DNA from: Dipteris shenzhenensis | Lineage: Eukaryota | Reading direction: 5' to 3' (one strand) | Assembly: GCA_047967505.1 (NCBI GenBank) | Contig: CM106538.1 | Length of the DNA stretch: 64,000 nt | Part shown: positions 1 through 12,691 of the stretch, piece by piece | Position numbering within the stretch: position 1 is the first letter of the stretch | Layout of the letters: each line of letters begins with the position of its first letter | Notes under the pieces: generated by a model | What the model was told of the DNA's origin: nothing | Seen by the model: the letters and a program-made list of their open reading frames with translations, nothing else | The model's database searches: none | Translations under genes and position numbers: made by a program

Positions 1-2974
1 CTTTTTTTATCGTATTCTGCAATAAATGTTGTTCATGTTTTCTCTTTTTTTATATTTGTCTATGATAGTTTGACATGTAATATCTCTTGATTCAATGGGG
101 AGTTGTTACAATTGTTTTCTTTTAAGAATGAGAGCTCTATTTTATTGATGATTTGTGTTTATGAAGGAAAATTCTCTTATTGTTCTGTGTAATGGGTAAA
201 GATAGACTGATGAAAGATGCTAATTGTGCGCTCATTTGTTGTGCATGCAAAAATAATTTGCCCATTGCTCGCAATCTATCGTGTGTGTTACTGTCATTTT
301 TTGTGCAACCTTTCATTGTTTGTCAGAGACTTGTTGTTATTGTGTTATCCATTTTTGTCATGTATGAAGTGCAATATGTTGTAGCCGAGTATGGATCGAT
401 AATATATTGTATGTCCATGCTTGATTGCCATAAAAAACTCATTTCATGATTGAAAGCATTCGTGAAAATGTCTTTGGTTTGTCTTTTTAAGAACATGGTT
501 GTTTTTTAAATTGATGAACGTAGTGCTAGTATATATGTTGAAATGTCAATTCCAATATCGACTACCCATTCAGCAAATGTCATTTGTGTGTCAGGTTCTA
601 TACGATTTATACTTGTAGAAATAGATTGATATATTTGTTTGTAACTATGAATCATGCTTTGTGATAGAGGTTCTAGTATCACTATTTCATGTAGTGGAGG
701 CTTTGGATAGTGAAATCAACAATTGGTGATGCTATTTTTTTTTCAAGTGAATGTGTGTTTATGCGTTTGTATGCCTTTAATGTGTGTTGGTAGCAGGCTC
801 CTGTCGCATGTTATGTATTTGTCAATAAAGGAGACAATTTTCTCATCCTCATGAATACCATATATAGGTCCATGTTGCACCCATAAAATTCCGTGTTCAT
901 GCTAGCTTCCTCTATTTTGAAATTCTGTAATGAGTAGTGCATGATATTTCCGAGTAATCGTTTGTCTTTTATTATCAAATTTAGAATTTTTTGGAGTTTA
1001 TGTGTGTTATATCTTACACATATCGTTGGGTTGTCTCTTATTAGTTCTCTTATTGTGACATTCGACTAATAGTGACATTCGAGTCTTTGTCTTTCTGTTG
1101 TGTTTTGTTGTTGTTTGAGTACTTTTGTTGTAGACATCTTGTCAAAGGTTCCCATAATCTTTCTGCACACGATAGCGTCATAAAAAAGGTTGGGCGTCCC
1201 AATTGTCTCATCATTGCAAATGCATCTTTCTTGAGTTTTTCTTTGTAGTCTGGCAAAGTCTGCATGTTCTCAAAGTCCCTGTATTCTATTCTAGATTTTA
1301 AAATAGCATCAATGTTTGTGTCATTCATAACATCCTTTGCATATATTTTTTATTTTGTAGTGCTCCTTTACACAAATGAACCCAAACTGATTGCATGACC
1401 TTATTGATTAAAACTTTAATCGATTTGAAGAACAAATTTGGTATATTTTGTGAGAAATGCAGAGATGTGTGTGCTAATTCCCATTTTGCTATGTCTTGGT
1501 ATGTTAACCTTGTGTTTCCAATTTGTCTTTCATGTCCGAAAAACAGTGTTGGAAAGTTTAGTTCTTCACTGTGTTTGTCTTGAAACAAACCTAATGGTGT
1601 GTTGTCTTCACAAGGAGTGACATTGACATCTATTTCGTAATCTACAACTTGTTCGATTGTAATAAGATTATGTATTAATGTGTCTGTGTAGTTGTCATTG
1701 TTTTCCTCACTATCAGCCTCGTCATTGCTATTGTATTCTTAACTTGTCTGGTCACTGTGTATTATTTGTTGTAAATGTTCAATCCATTTGTTGCTTATTT
1801 CAACATTGTTAGCTTTATATAGCGGTGTTTGAATAAGGGTATGTAGTGCTCGCATCAGGATATTCGGACGAACTTTTTCGAGAAAATATGTACTCTTATA
1901 TTGTAATTTTTTTTTAATTCCAAGGATTATGGATGATTCATCATTAATGAATCGTGGTAAGATATGTTGTACTTTACTTGTATTGGATACAACATTAACA
2001 ATGCTACCCTGTACACCATACTGTCCACCATGTGATAGTTCTCTGATTTGAGTGAATGCTATTATGGAGGCAACCAATCGCTCTTCGATGTCATTAAGAA
2101 TTGTTATAGAAGGTATGGCCGCATTTCGTTGAATTTGGGTGGGGACAAAATACTTCGGCAATGCGTTTACACATATGGCTTTCTTACATTCTATGCAAAT
2201 ATGTTCTTTTTTTGTGCAAAATGTTGTTTTATATTATCTTTTAGTCATCCAAGCATGTGTGTCTTCTTTAAGATATACAGTTTGTTTTTTGAATAGTAAA
2301 TGCTTGCAGGATATGCATGCATGCGTTGGAGTATCTCGAATTGTGTCAATATATGCACGCACATGTTTGGTAGGAGTTTCAAATATTTCTGAGTACTTCG
2401 CTAGTGTTATGTAATCATTTCTTAGAGATGTACGCTTTCTTTTTTTGGTTGTCGAATCGTTTTTAACACTCGGAGTTATCAGTGCTTGTGTTGTTTCTGG
2501 AGAATAAGGACATTGCTTGGTTCTGTTAATGTGATCATTGTTTCGAGTTGTGGGTTCTTTTCTTTGTAACTGGATTGTAGCATTGTCTCTTTTTTTTAAG
2601 TTTGAGATTTTACGTCTAGTAGTATCAACACGTATTGCAGTCAATGGAAACTTTTCACATAAGGTGCGCACTATGTCATTTGTTGAACTATAGTTGTTTA
2701 TTTTAATAATGTCCTCCAAACTAAGGACCACGGCTTTTGTCCAAAGAGTGTTCTTCTTTTTGATTGGTTGCACCGTGCTTATGTATGTAAACATTTTAGG
2801 ATGATTTATTATAAGTTGTACTTCTTTTGTTTGTTTTGGAAGCTTTGTAGGCACTAAATGATCATATTTTATTTCGTTAGCATGATACGTTTTCAGTTTA
2901 AAACCGAAAGGGTTGAATAGAACATGTTGCAAGAATAGATTCTCAGCACAGTAGTAATAATGATCATGTAGCAA
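1..2974 (-). mobile_element. Decayed Helitron RepHel gene (N-terminal Zn/DUF6570-like region + HUH Rep domain), Helitron2/Helentron-like; continues off the left edge
   Basis: Minus-strand pieces: 'CISCKHLLFKKQ', 'IEERLVASIIAFTQIRELSHGGQYGVQGSIVNV..LPR..KKKLQYKS..VRPNILMRAL..L..TPLY' (1739-2161), 'SEELNFPTLF' (1325-1588), 'FAMMRQLGRPTFFMTLSCAE' (1050-1328), HUH motif 'TEFQNRGS*HEHGILW' (~881-930), catalytic-Tyr region 'MDIQYIIDPYSATTYCTSYMTK' (~355-420). Multiple stops/frameshifts; no helicase within window. Confidence 0.88.
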
Positions 2975-3625
2975 TCCTTGAAAGTATTCTTCAATGTTGT
3001 TGATGTGCGAGTAAAGCTATTTAAAGAGGCATGATTCAAAGAAATGTAGCCCCCATTCCTCGTGTGGAAATGTAGTTGTCTGTAGCAATTTGTATCCTTC
3101 GGAGTAAACTAATTGTTTTAGTGCTGTAGGCATCATATGAAAGTGCAATATGTAAGATATGCATGTAAAAACACATTTGTTTTGTGAATAAAGGTTGTAG
3201 AAAGAGTTGTCAATGTGAATTTGTTTTGAGGAAATGTAGTTGCTTGTTTGTGAGCATTGACTTTCCATGGCGAGAGCTGCAAGGAAAGTTTGTACGTAGA
3301 ATGCTGGTGTCTAAAACTTGATTATAGATGTGATGAGATGCCTTCTGTAATCGCTCGATGAATGTGTGTACCACAATTTGAATAGTATCTGAAAGTAGTA
3401 TAGTGAAGTGTTTAACTGTATTGTCGCACGCTATTCGAAGATAGCATGTCAACTTAACAAAACTTGAGATATATTTTTAATATAGATGGTCTTTATTATA
3501 AATTGTGTATTTTCTACTTTAAATAAGCAATGAACTGGTTTTCGAGTACAAACATAAAATTATTGAGACGAAGCATAAAATCGTATGTAATAGAGGTAGA
3601 GAGGATAAAAGTTCTCTTTCGAAAG

Positions 3626-4760
3626 AGTCCCAAATCTCCAAAAAGGGTTGCACAAGAAAGACAAAGCCCTACAATGCAAGGACTTGTTCGTGTATATGTA
3701 GACATGATTTTCTATTATCAAAACGAAGCATTCTAATTGAAATATTAAATACGATAAAACATTGACAAGCCATTTAAGAATAAAATTTACATATTGCTAA
3801 TAACACATTCGCTTTGAATAAAAACAAGCCATATTTACAAGGGTATATCATGTTCTTTTGTTAAAAGCAAATCATTCTACTTTCGAAGGATAACAAAATA
3901 AAAAACAAGGAAGATGCATGGTTGTTAGATTTACAAGGTAAAAAAGTTCAAATACTTGTAGTAATTTTTTGAATTAACACTAATTAATGAGTACTTATAT
4001 GAAATTTTTGTAAGTGTATAACTAACTATTATAAGAATACACCATCATACTTAAAATATTAAGTTGCATAAAACTTTGATAAACAAAGGAAAAGAAAGAG
4101 TAAAAAAGTTCATGTGCTTGAAGTAATTACTTGGATTATTAGAGCAATTAATAAGTACTTATTGGAATGTTTTACTTCTTAAAATTCAAGCATTATGAGC
4201 ACAAAATTTCTATGGGTGTGTGATTTTCTATTATTGAAACGAAGCATTGTAGTTGAAATTTTAAATACGATAAAATATTGAGAAGCCATTTAAGAGTAAA
4301 CTTTCTATATTGCTAATAACACATGAAACAAGAAGAAATGTCATTTTTTTTTGCACTTTAAATAAAAATAAGCCATATGTACAAGGGTATATCATGTCCT
4401 TCTAAAAGCAGATCATTCTACTTCTGAAGCAAAACAAAGTATAAACCAAGGAAGACGCATGGGTGTTAAATTTATAGGCTAACAAATTTATATGAAAATT
4501 TTGTAAGTATATAACTAATTATTATGAGAATGAACCATCGTATTTAAAATATTAAATAGCATAAAACTTTGATAAACCATTCAAGAATGAACTTTACATT
4601 ACATATTATTAATGAGAAATAAAACAATAAGAATGTACAAGCCTTTTCTATGTACAAATTTTTTTTCTTTGTATAAAAACAAGACATATTTACAAAGGTA
4701 TATCATATCCTTTTCAAAAGCAAAGCACTTTGCTATTGAAGCACTAAGTCTCTATGGTTC
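3626..4760. repeat. Degenerate AT-rich tandem duplication (~520 bp period)
   Basis: 'AAACGAAGCATT(C/G)TA(A/G)TTGAAAT..TAAATACGATAAAA..TTGA(C/G)AAGCCATTTAAGA' at ~3722 and ~4237; 'TACAA(G/A)GGTATATCAT' at ~3836, ~4380, ~4690. Confidence 0.7.
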
Positions 4761-4899
4761 TTACAAAGAAATAAACATGGTGAAGTATTCTTATACACTG
4801 AAAAAGTGCGTGTTGAGTGTGAAACCGTTTGCTATACAAGAGGAAAGCAAAATCACAAACTGAAAAACTACACGGCACTATAACACACTATGGTAGAAG

Positions 4900-6475
4900 C
4901 ATCATGATCGGAAGGGCTAGGAAGCAACATTCTGCAATGGGATAAACCCTGCAACTGCACCATGCATATTGACTAAAAACCTGCCTTCAATTTTCTTGTC
5001 GAAGAGTTCAGACTTCAAGTACTACGTGTCATCCTCCAGCATCTTAATAAATGGATGAAGTCCAAGACTTTATCAACCCAGATGTCTTTCAACATGATAT
5101 CTACAGTTCCACCATCTAGACTGGTAATAATGCCTTTCGCCTTTGGAATTTTCTCCAAGATCGTAACTTGGTTGCATGTCAGGCAACGTGCTACAGTGTT
5201 GTCTTTTGAAAACTTTCCTTCTTTACAGATACAGCATACGGGTTCGTAGAGTGTCGAGTTGATTCCGACGACACTAAGCACTTCATACAAAATGTTGACA
5301 AAGTAAATTATCAATAGAATCAAATAAATCCACTAAGTATCGCAAACGTTATAGAGAAGTAGAGCGTACTTGATTGCCGTAGGAAGACGTGAGCCAACCT
5401 TATAGAGATAGATGGAATTCGAGCTAGGACCAAAATGGTTTGATCTAACATGTTTAGTGCGATGGGCTGGCTGTTCTTCTTTACCCCAACATTCCTCAAT
5501 ATAAAGTGACAGAAACCGGCAGCTTTGAACCTTTTTGCGATCTTCACATAGTCCGAACGTCTGTTGCTCCAAAATATCAGCTGTTTGAAACAAGGAAAAA
5601 TCAAAATAGGTTTTGTAAGGACAAAAGAGAGGTTAAGATCTACTTTATGCATAATGGTTGGAAGAGAGGTAATTGCAATAAGCAAATACCATTATTAAGT
5701 CCTCCGCATCCTCACCGTCACCAACAATCAGCTCATCCATGTATCGGATTGAACTGCCAAGCTTGATGACTATAACTGCAACTGTTGCAAAGGGGAGATA
5801 ATTCACTTGGCCTTTATTTTATGAGCTCCTTACATTCCTCCTTGTACTTGCAAATGGTTGTTGTGGAAACAAACATTGGGTTAACAGTAAATGGCTCAGA
5901 CCGTTCGATCCTGGTGGAAGGATCAAAAACCAATGTGAAGTCAACAGTTCCTCCGTCATTCCGAGTATTTCTATTGCATACAGAATAGTTGGTTATTCTG
6001 ATACAATCACCAACATTAAGGGTTTTGAAGAAATCCGCATAGTAGACCTTGCCTATTGCAAGGGTGATGCAGCCATTCCCCTCTTTGTCAGTAAGATCTA
6101 GCTTTAAGATTTTGGGGTAACCGATGTTCTGTAAAGTCCATGTGCCATACTTATTAAGAACTCTCCCTTCAAATATTCCATTCCTAACGGATAAGTCAAT
6201 TTCATCATTGATAGAGGCCTATCAATCAGAGAATACTCAGTGTTTGTACTTGCTTGGTCCGATGATTCTAAGAATAAGATATTGGGAGATCTCTGATCCT
6301 TTGGGGACTCTAACTTTATTCTTTTATCATCTCTCCCATCAACATTCGGGAAGTAGCGCTTCACGAAAGATTTATCAATGGTTACAATAGCACAACTGGA
6401 TAATTCTACATCAGCATCATAGTCACTAGTGCCTTCACCTTGGATGAAAGAGTTGCTCATCTCTGTAAAAAACAA
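4900..6475 (-). pseudogene. RPA1/ssDNA-binding-like multi-OB-fold protein with C4 zinc ribbon, intron-containing, disrupted
   Basis: Hand translation: 'ILKLDLTDKEG..ITLAIGKVYYADFFKTLNVGDCIRITNYSV..DFTLVF..STRIE' (~6110-5900); second OB-like strand set 'VAVIVIKLG..DELIVGDGE..LIM|LIFW' across a phase-0 GT-AG intron at 5581-5689; C-terminal 'YEPVCCICK..ARCLTC..KGIITSLDGGTVDIML' (5015-5323). Same strand as, and upstream of, the Rep. Confidence 0.6.
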
Positions 6476-7328
6476 ACAATGTTCTAAATTTCATTATGAA
6501 CTAGATACTTTAAATTTAGGTTATAAACCATTCATCATGAAAGTACTACTTCCACATGCAATTTTTAAATTTAGATTTTAAAATACGTCTCGCAACAGCA
6601 CTTTAAAAAGATAAAACTTAAAGATAAAAGGAAATTTTTAGCATGAATCTGAAATATAAAACATTTGAGTTATAATCTAGTGCTGAAAATTCATTGTCCC
6701 AAAAAAACTTGCTGGTAAATTACGTTTGCTATCTTTGGTACGTCTTGCGACTGCTTCAGGTAAAAAAAGAGGGTACAAGAATGTACACCAGCAGCTGCTC
6801 GCAGCTAATGCCACCCAAAAAGCAAAAAAAACTAATTGAAACAAAAAGCCTTTATACTCTTTACATCCAAGTTGTGAAAGCCACTTTGTATATCTCTATT
6901 CTGAAAGCCACTCTGTACATTGACATACACTTGGGCTGTAAACATTTCAAGGATGTAAGAGCATGACATGAAATCTCCATAAGATAATTATAAGTAAACG
7001 GCCATAAGATCATGGGGTACAATCAACAGCTCGCATCTAAGCCTTTACATTTCATTAATCTACATGAAACTCCTAAAGTAATACGAGATACAAGGCACAC
7101 CTAGTAGTAGTATTGCGTGATGTGGACTGTAGCGGCCATTAGTGTCTCTCTTGAGTTTAAATACCCAATTTTCCCATGTGGCATGCTTCCTAAGTGTCAT
7201 TATGAGAATTCAAGCTAACTCAAATTTTATTTCAGGCCGAAAATTAGATGGCTGAAAGCAATAATTATGTATGGCCATCATCTTTATGGATGAAAACCGA
7301 TGCATTTCCTGGAGTAGGCATCCCCTAC

Positions 7329-8660
7329 AAACATGTTTGGACAATCATGCTTGACTGCACTCAACCCTTAACGGGGCTGCAGATTTCTCTCTAGGAAAAC
7401 TAACCTGCAAATGAGTCAAATCTATTCACAATTGATTGCAGAAGAGAAATCCAAGTTGGAACAGCTGAAAACTCAGAAATAGCAGCATGTCCCAGAGGCA
7501 AAACTAGGATCCAAGCCTAGGAAAACAATGCTAAACTGCCCGGAACTGTCTGAACAGCAAAGAGAGTTGAAATTGACCTAAAAAATTAGGCAAAACCTCT
7601 AAAATCTGGCGTAACCAGTTGCAAACAGCCCCAGGTGACTATTGACAGCTCTAAAATGTTTACAACAACTTTAAATGTTGCAGCAAAGATCTAAAATCCA
7701 GCAGGGCAGCAATCGCCTGCAAAACACCTTCAAGGGAGAAGTGCGGACAAGAGAAACTGGTCAAAGTTGCTCTACGAACAGTCACACAGCAAGAGGCAGC
7801 TCAGAAAGACTTCAGAAAGAGTCCCAAAGCTCCAGAAACGGTCGCACAAGGAAAAAATAGCTCTTGGAATGCAAGAATTGGTTCTCCTATGTGCAGAACG
7901 GGTACTGATGGTAATGGATGCTGCAGAGTAGGCCAACTAAAGCTGTAGCTCACACTTTCGCACGACAGACTAAGATAGGAGCTATTTTTTGTGATTCCCT
8001 AAGAGGGCTATGTAAGGACAATAATTATTTCGATCGATATTGTCGGTGGTAATTTTTTACATTTGGAATGACTTCTTGTTCCGAAACAGAAAGGTTTGCA
8101 TTTCTAATAACCAAAGTATAAGGAGGAAGACCTTACATGAATGTCATCACACTCAGTGTGCACAAACATGTTTGGACAATCTTGGTTAGCTGCAATCAAC
8201 CCTTAACAGCTGCAGAGCAATCCAAGTTGGAACAGCTCAAAACTCAGATGCAGGAGCACTAAAACAGCTCCCGGAGGTAAAGCTAGGCTCCAAGCCCAAG
8301 AAAATAGTACTGAATATCCCCGAACAGTGTGAACAGCAAAGAGAGTTGAAATGGACCTACAGCCCAAACTGACTGCGGACAGCTCTAGTCACACAGCAAC
8401 AGGCAGCTCAAAAAGGCTTCGGAAAGAGTCCCAAATCTCCAAAAAGGGTAGCACAAGAAAGAAAAAGCACCTACAATGCAAGGACTTATTCTTGTATATG
8501 CAGAATGGATACTGACAATAGCGGACTGCTGCAGAGAACACCAAATATAGCTGTACCTCACACTTTCACACGGCAGACCAAGATAGATCTTGACCTTTAC
8601 GATTCCCTGACAGGGGTATGTATGAACATTAATCATTTTACATGTGGCAAAATGCAAGTC
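7329..8660. repeat. Diverged tandem duplication (~830 bp period, second unit internally deleted)
   Basis: 'CAAACATGTTTGGACAATC..CTGCA(C/A)TCAACCCTTAAC' at ~7328 and ~8163; 'ATCCAAGTTGGAACAGCT' at ~7449 and ~8220; 'GAACAGCAAAGAGAGTTGAAAT' at ~7552 and ~8331; 'GTCACACAGCAA..GGCAGCTCA' at ~7781 and ~8388. Confidence 0.8.
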
Positions 8661-9835
8661 GTGTCAAGTAAATAAGGTAGAATGGCTAAGATTGGAAGGG
8701 TTTTCACATCCTCTAGACATCCCTGGAAGGAAAATGCGAGGGTATTTCCATGGGGGGAGATAATTAAAGTTCTACCAAAACTAGTGAATAATAAAAGTTT
8801 TAAGTGTGTAAACATCAAATATTCCAAAACTTTGTGTGTGCCTCATGAACCTAGAAGAAGTCAAACACACAAGGAAAAGAGAACACTAGAAACCGTAGGA
8901 CATGCTTATTGGTGACAATCAAGTTCACGTAACCTCAGATGGATCAAACACACAAGAAGAAGAGAGCACTACAAACTATAGCAAAGAAGAGAAGTTCAAC
9001 AGATGTGTTGACATACAATCAACCTGTACAAGTTTGAAGGACAAAGAACCATAAAATATAATGTCCAGAAAAGAATGGTAAGTACATGACCATAAGATCC
9101 ATGGCTTGAAATCAATGCCACCGTGGGCAGATCAACATGGATATTGTCCAACATTAGGGCTGCCATTTGGACAGCAGATGGGCTGACACATGGCTCTTGC
9201 ATAGGGTTGGCTGTAGCAGTGGATGGCTGCCACATAGGCAACAATGTCTTGATGAAGATAGGGTGGCAAATCTGCAACAGAGAAGGTTGGATCTGTTGGA
9301 CATAGATCAGGCCTAATACGCTGTTCTATACAGGCCAACACAGGGCAAAGGAGAGCCATGCATGGAATAGAAATGGGTCCAGAATGTGGGTATGGAGTGG
9401 CAGCGCGATTGGCATTTATAGCTGCAGCCTGTGCTTGGCTAGATCAGCTGTTTGGCCACCAAATATCCTGGTCTGGGGAACCATATAGAGGCAACATGCC
9501 AGTCAGGGCCCCTTGCTAGAGCATTCATCTGAGATCCACTGAAGCTCATAAAGGTTTGAAGGAGTACAAAGGTAGAGTCTTAGAGTAGATCCACTTTGGA
9601 GTTTTGGTTGTTCTTTACTGCTATTTTGAGTCCATTCTTGTGGACACACGTCACGTGAAGGCTATGGTAGAGGAAACAGTCTCAATACTCGAGACCATCA
9701 GAGGAGTCAAACAGACTCAAGAATGAGGTGAGTTTGAGATATACGGGGCTTGGGTAGGACCTCGGAGATGGCACTGCAGCCTTGAATAACAAGTTCGAAA
9801 GTACTCCAATAAGTTTTTGGAATCTCAAGGATAGA

Positions 9836-11158
9836 ATGGGGGAGGCGGTAGAAGTCATCCTGGATTTCTTGCGAAGACACCAGTTCACAAAGGCCGAGGG
9901 AACATTCAAGGAAGAACTTCTTGGTCGTAAAGGAGGAGATGAACTCCCGTCGTCTTGCAATGCCTGAGATTGCGATTTGGACCTCCGCTTATGCTCACTT
10001 CAGAGTGTCGATCATTCGCTGTTGAGAGAAGCAACCTCCATTTCCGCTCCTGAGAGCGACGCTTGCAGCAGAAGTTCCGATAATCCAGGGCAAGAAGCCG
10101 GAGGAATTGTACTGAATAGGTTAAGATCTTCTCTGGAGAAGCATTTATATGTAGAGTACGAGTCTAAAAAATTGGAGTGTCAGGAATCGTTGTGCACCTC
10201 GGAACGAGAGTTCATCTTCGAGAGTCTCAGGATCTCACCAGAGCCAGACTTTGCAGTCTCCTCCGCAGCGTATACGATCGAGGCAGCGTCCATGTCATGC
10301 GTCAATCTTTATACCAAATGATGAACAGATTGCATCTTAACAAGCTTCGTGCGAATTCATCTGCAATGTAAAAGTTTCCGATCCGACAAAATGATTCAGC
10401 TAGATCAACTGCAGCAGTGACAAATAGAACATGTAATGCGTATTTTCAACAGGAGAACGGGAGACACGATGTACAAAAATTTGACACCAGTGAAATGGAT
10501 ACTGGCATCGTAGATTTTCAGTGGCAGGACTGGGATCTACCATCTGAATAGAATTGCAATAAGCATCCTCTGAACCCCAAAAAACTATATGGGTAGGGAG
10601 GGTTTCTAGCCAATCCTCTGTCCATCCTAAAGATACGAGTCTCGCTAGAATGGTTGGTTTTACAGGATAACAGGCTAACAGGGACATTTCCTTCGGGATA
10701 ATGCCAAATTCCTTCGTTTCAAGCCTTAGCCTTACAGAACAAACAATTGCATCGAAGTATTATGGATGTCGCCAACCATTCTCCTCAGAGCTCGGCCCTT
10801 TCAAGAACCTTTAAACTGTTTCATCTAGAAGGAATGGAATGCATCATGCAATTGATTGATGTCCATTTTCCTAAAGACTTGTATTCTCCTTGCTAGATTT
10901 AATGTCAGTAGCCGTCAAGATTACAGAGACCCTCCGAAGGCCATAAGGCTTCGAGAGAAAAACCCCAATTCCTTACCATCCATTCCACAGATTTATCCAA
11001 AGCCTGCTATGTCTTCTAATTCTCTTCCTGCAAAGAAAGTAGCAATTGCTCTGCATGGGGTTGTGAGTATGAATGCACTTGACAATTGTGTTAGTCAGAA
11101 GGCTCTATTGAGTTTGATCCAGGACAACTTTCTTCACTTTCGCGAGATGGGCTATTAG
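9836..11158 (+). pseudogene. 5' fragment resembling the N-terminus of plant-specific DYRKP kinases (LisH-like start), degraded
   Basis: 'MGEAVEVILDFLRRHQFTKAEGTFKEEL' resembles the conserved 'V-VIL(D/E)FLR-N-F-AE-AL--EL' N-terminus of plant DYRKP kinases. Stop at 9965. Later weak 'RQDYRDPPKAIRLREK' recalls the 'LPRLPPVKL' block. No DYRK catalytic domain follows. Confidence 0.55.
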
Positions 11159-11421
11159 AAGGACTTGAATTGGTTCACGAGCAAGTTTCCTCTTGTCATG
11201 CCCACATCTAAGCCCCGTTTCCATGCTATCTCCCAAGTCATCCATGATAGGTACCTCTCTGAAACTGCTTCAGTTCTACCGTCGATTTTTAGATACCTCC
11301 CCAAGTTTTGCCCAAATTACAAAGTTGTGTTCTGTCTGCCCCTTGTTGTTACATGGCCCTACTTACCAGTGGTATGCCTCTATGACATCAAAATTCTAAG
11401 AGCTACATATGTGATCCGGCA

Positions 11422-12670
11422 AACAGTGTGAGTATTCTAATATTGTTTTTATTTAGATAGGTATTATGTATGCGTTGTATCTCTTAAAGCAAATGTGTAT
11501 AAGTTTTATTTTGAGTCTAATTAATATGTTGACATAACTTACTGCGTACATTCTATCCCTTCATGGAATAGTGTGAACATTCTAAGAGTTACTACACTTA
11601 GTGTGCACATTTTGCTCTATAATGGAACAGTGTGAGCATTCTAAGGCTCGTTTCATTTATACGGAAACTTAGCATGCACATTTTGTTTCGTTTTTAATTC
11701 TATACTAAATCTTTAAATATTGTAAGACTTATCTTATTTATGTTGGAACTTAGTGTGAATATTCTATCCTATAATATTATGCTTAGTATGCACATTTTAT
11801 TCTGTAATAAAACAGTGTAAGCATTCTAAGATTGTTAGCATTGTTTTCATTTACTTAAGCATTATATATACCTTATATCTTTTAAAGTAGATGTGTGTAC
11901 TTTAACGTTCGCTTTGGCTTCAATTAACATGTTGGCATAACTTAGTGTGTGTACTATATCCCTTTATAGAATAGCGTGGACATTGTAAAAGTTACTACAC
12001 TTACTATACACATTCTATTATATATTGGAACAGTGTCATTTATATCGAAACCTAGCGTGTACATTTCGCCTTGTTTTTTAATTCTATATTGAGACAGTAA
12101 ATACTAAATGGCTTGTTTTTTTCTGGGGTGAAAACTTAGTGTATTGAAACAGTGCGAGCATTTTAATATTGTTTTCATTACGTAGGTATTATACATGCTT
12201 TGTATCTTTTGAAGTAGATGTGTATACTTTAAGTTTTATTTTGGGTCCAATTAATACGTTGACATAACTTAGTGTGTACATTCTATCCCTTCATGGAATA
12301 GTGTGAACATTCTAAGGGTTACTACACTTAGTGTGCACATTATGCTCTGTAATGGAACAGTGTGAGCATTCTAAGACTCGTTTCACTTATATGAAAACTT
12401 AGTGTGTACATTTTGTTTCATTTTTTATTCTATACTAAATCATATAACTTAGTGTGTACATTCTATCCTATAATAGGATAGTGTGCACATTCTAAGAGTT
12501 ATTGTACTTAGTGTGTATATTTTGTTCTATATTGAAACAATGTAAATATTCTAAGACTTGTTTTGTTTACATACATACTACATATATATTATCTATTTTC
12601 TAAACATGAAATATACACTTTAATCTTTATTGTAATTCTACTTAACATATAACTACAGCTTAGTTTTATG
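11422..12670. repeat. Complex AT-rich minisatellite: core (T/C)AGTGTGnACATT every ~25-45 bp, organised into ~340-390 bp higher-order units
   Basis: Higher-order units start at ~11422, ~11811, ~12148 and ~12535 ('AAACAGTGTGAG(T/C)ATT(C/T)TAA'). 11520-11710 and 12250-12440 are near-identical. Confidence 0.85.
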
Positions 12671-12691
12671 GAACGCTAACACTATTCGCAG

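Noticed and set aside
7085-7110. Helitron 3' terminus (..CACACCTAG|T)
   Set aside because: No GC-rich hairpin upstream, and the orientation is wrong for the minus-strand Rep.
8996-9500. Short ORFs in a GC-richer patch
   Set aside because: No recognisable domain; left unassigned.
11422-12670. CRISPR-like repeat/spacer appearance
   Set aside because: Eukaryotic context, degenerate repeats, spacers recur in higher-order units, and no cas genes.
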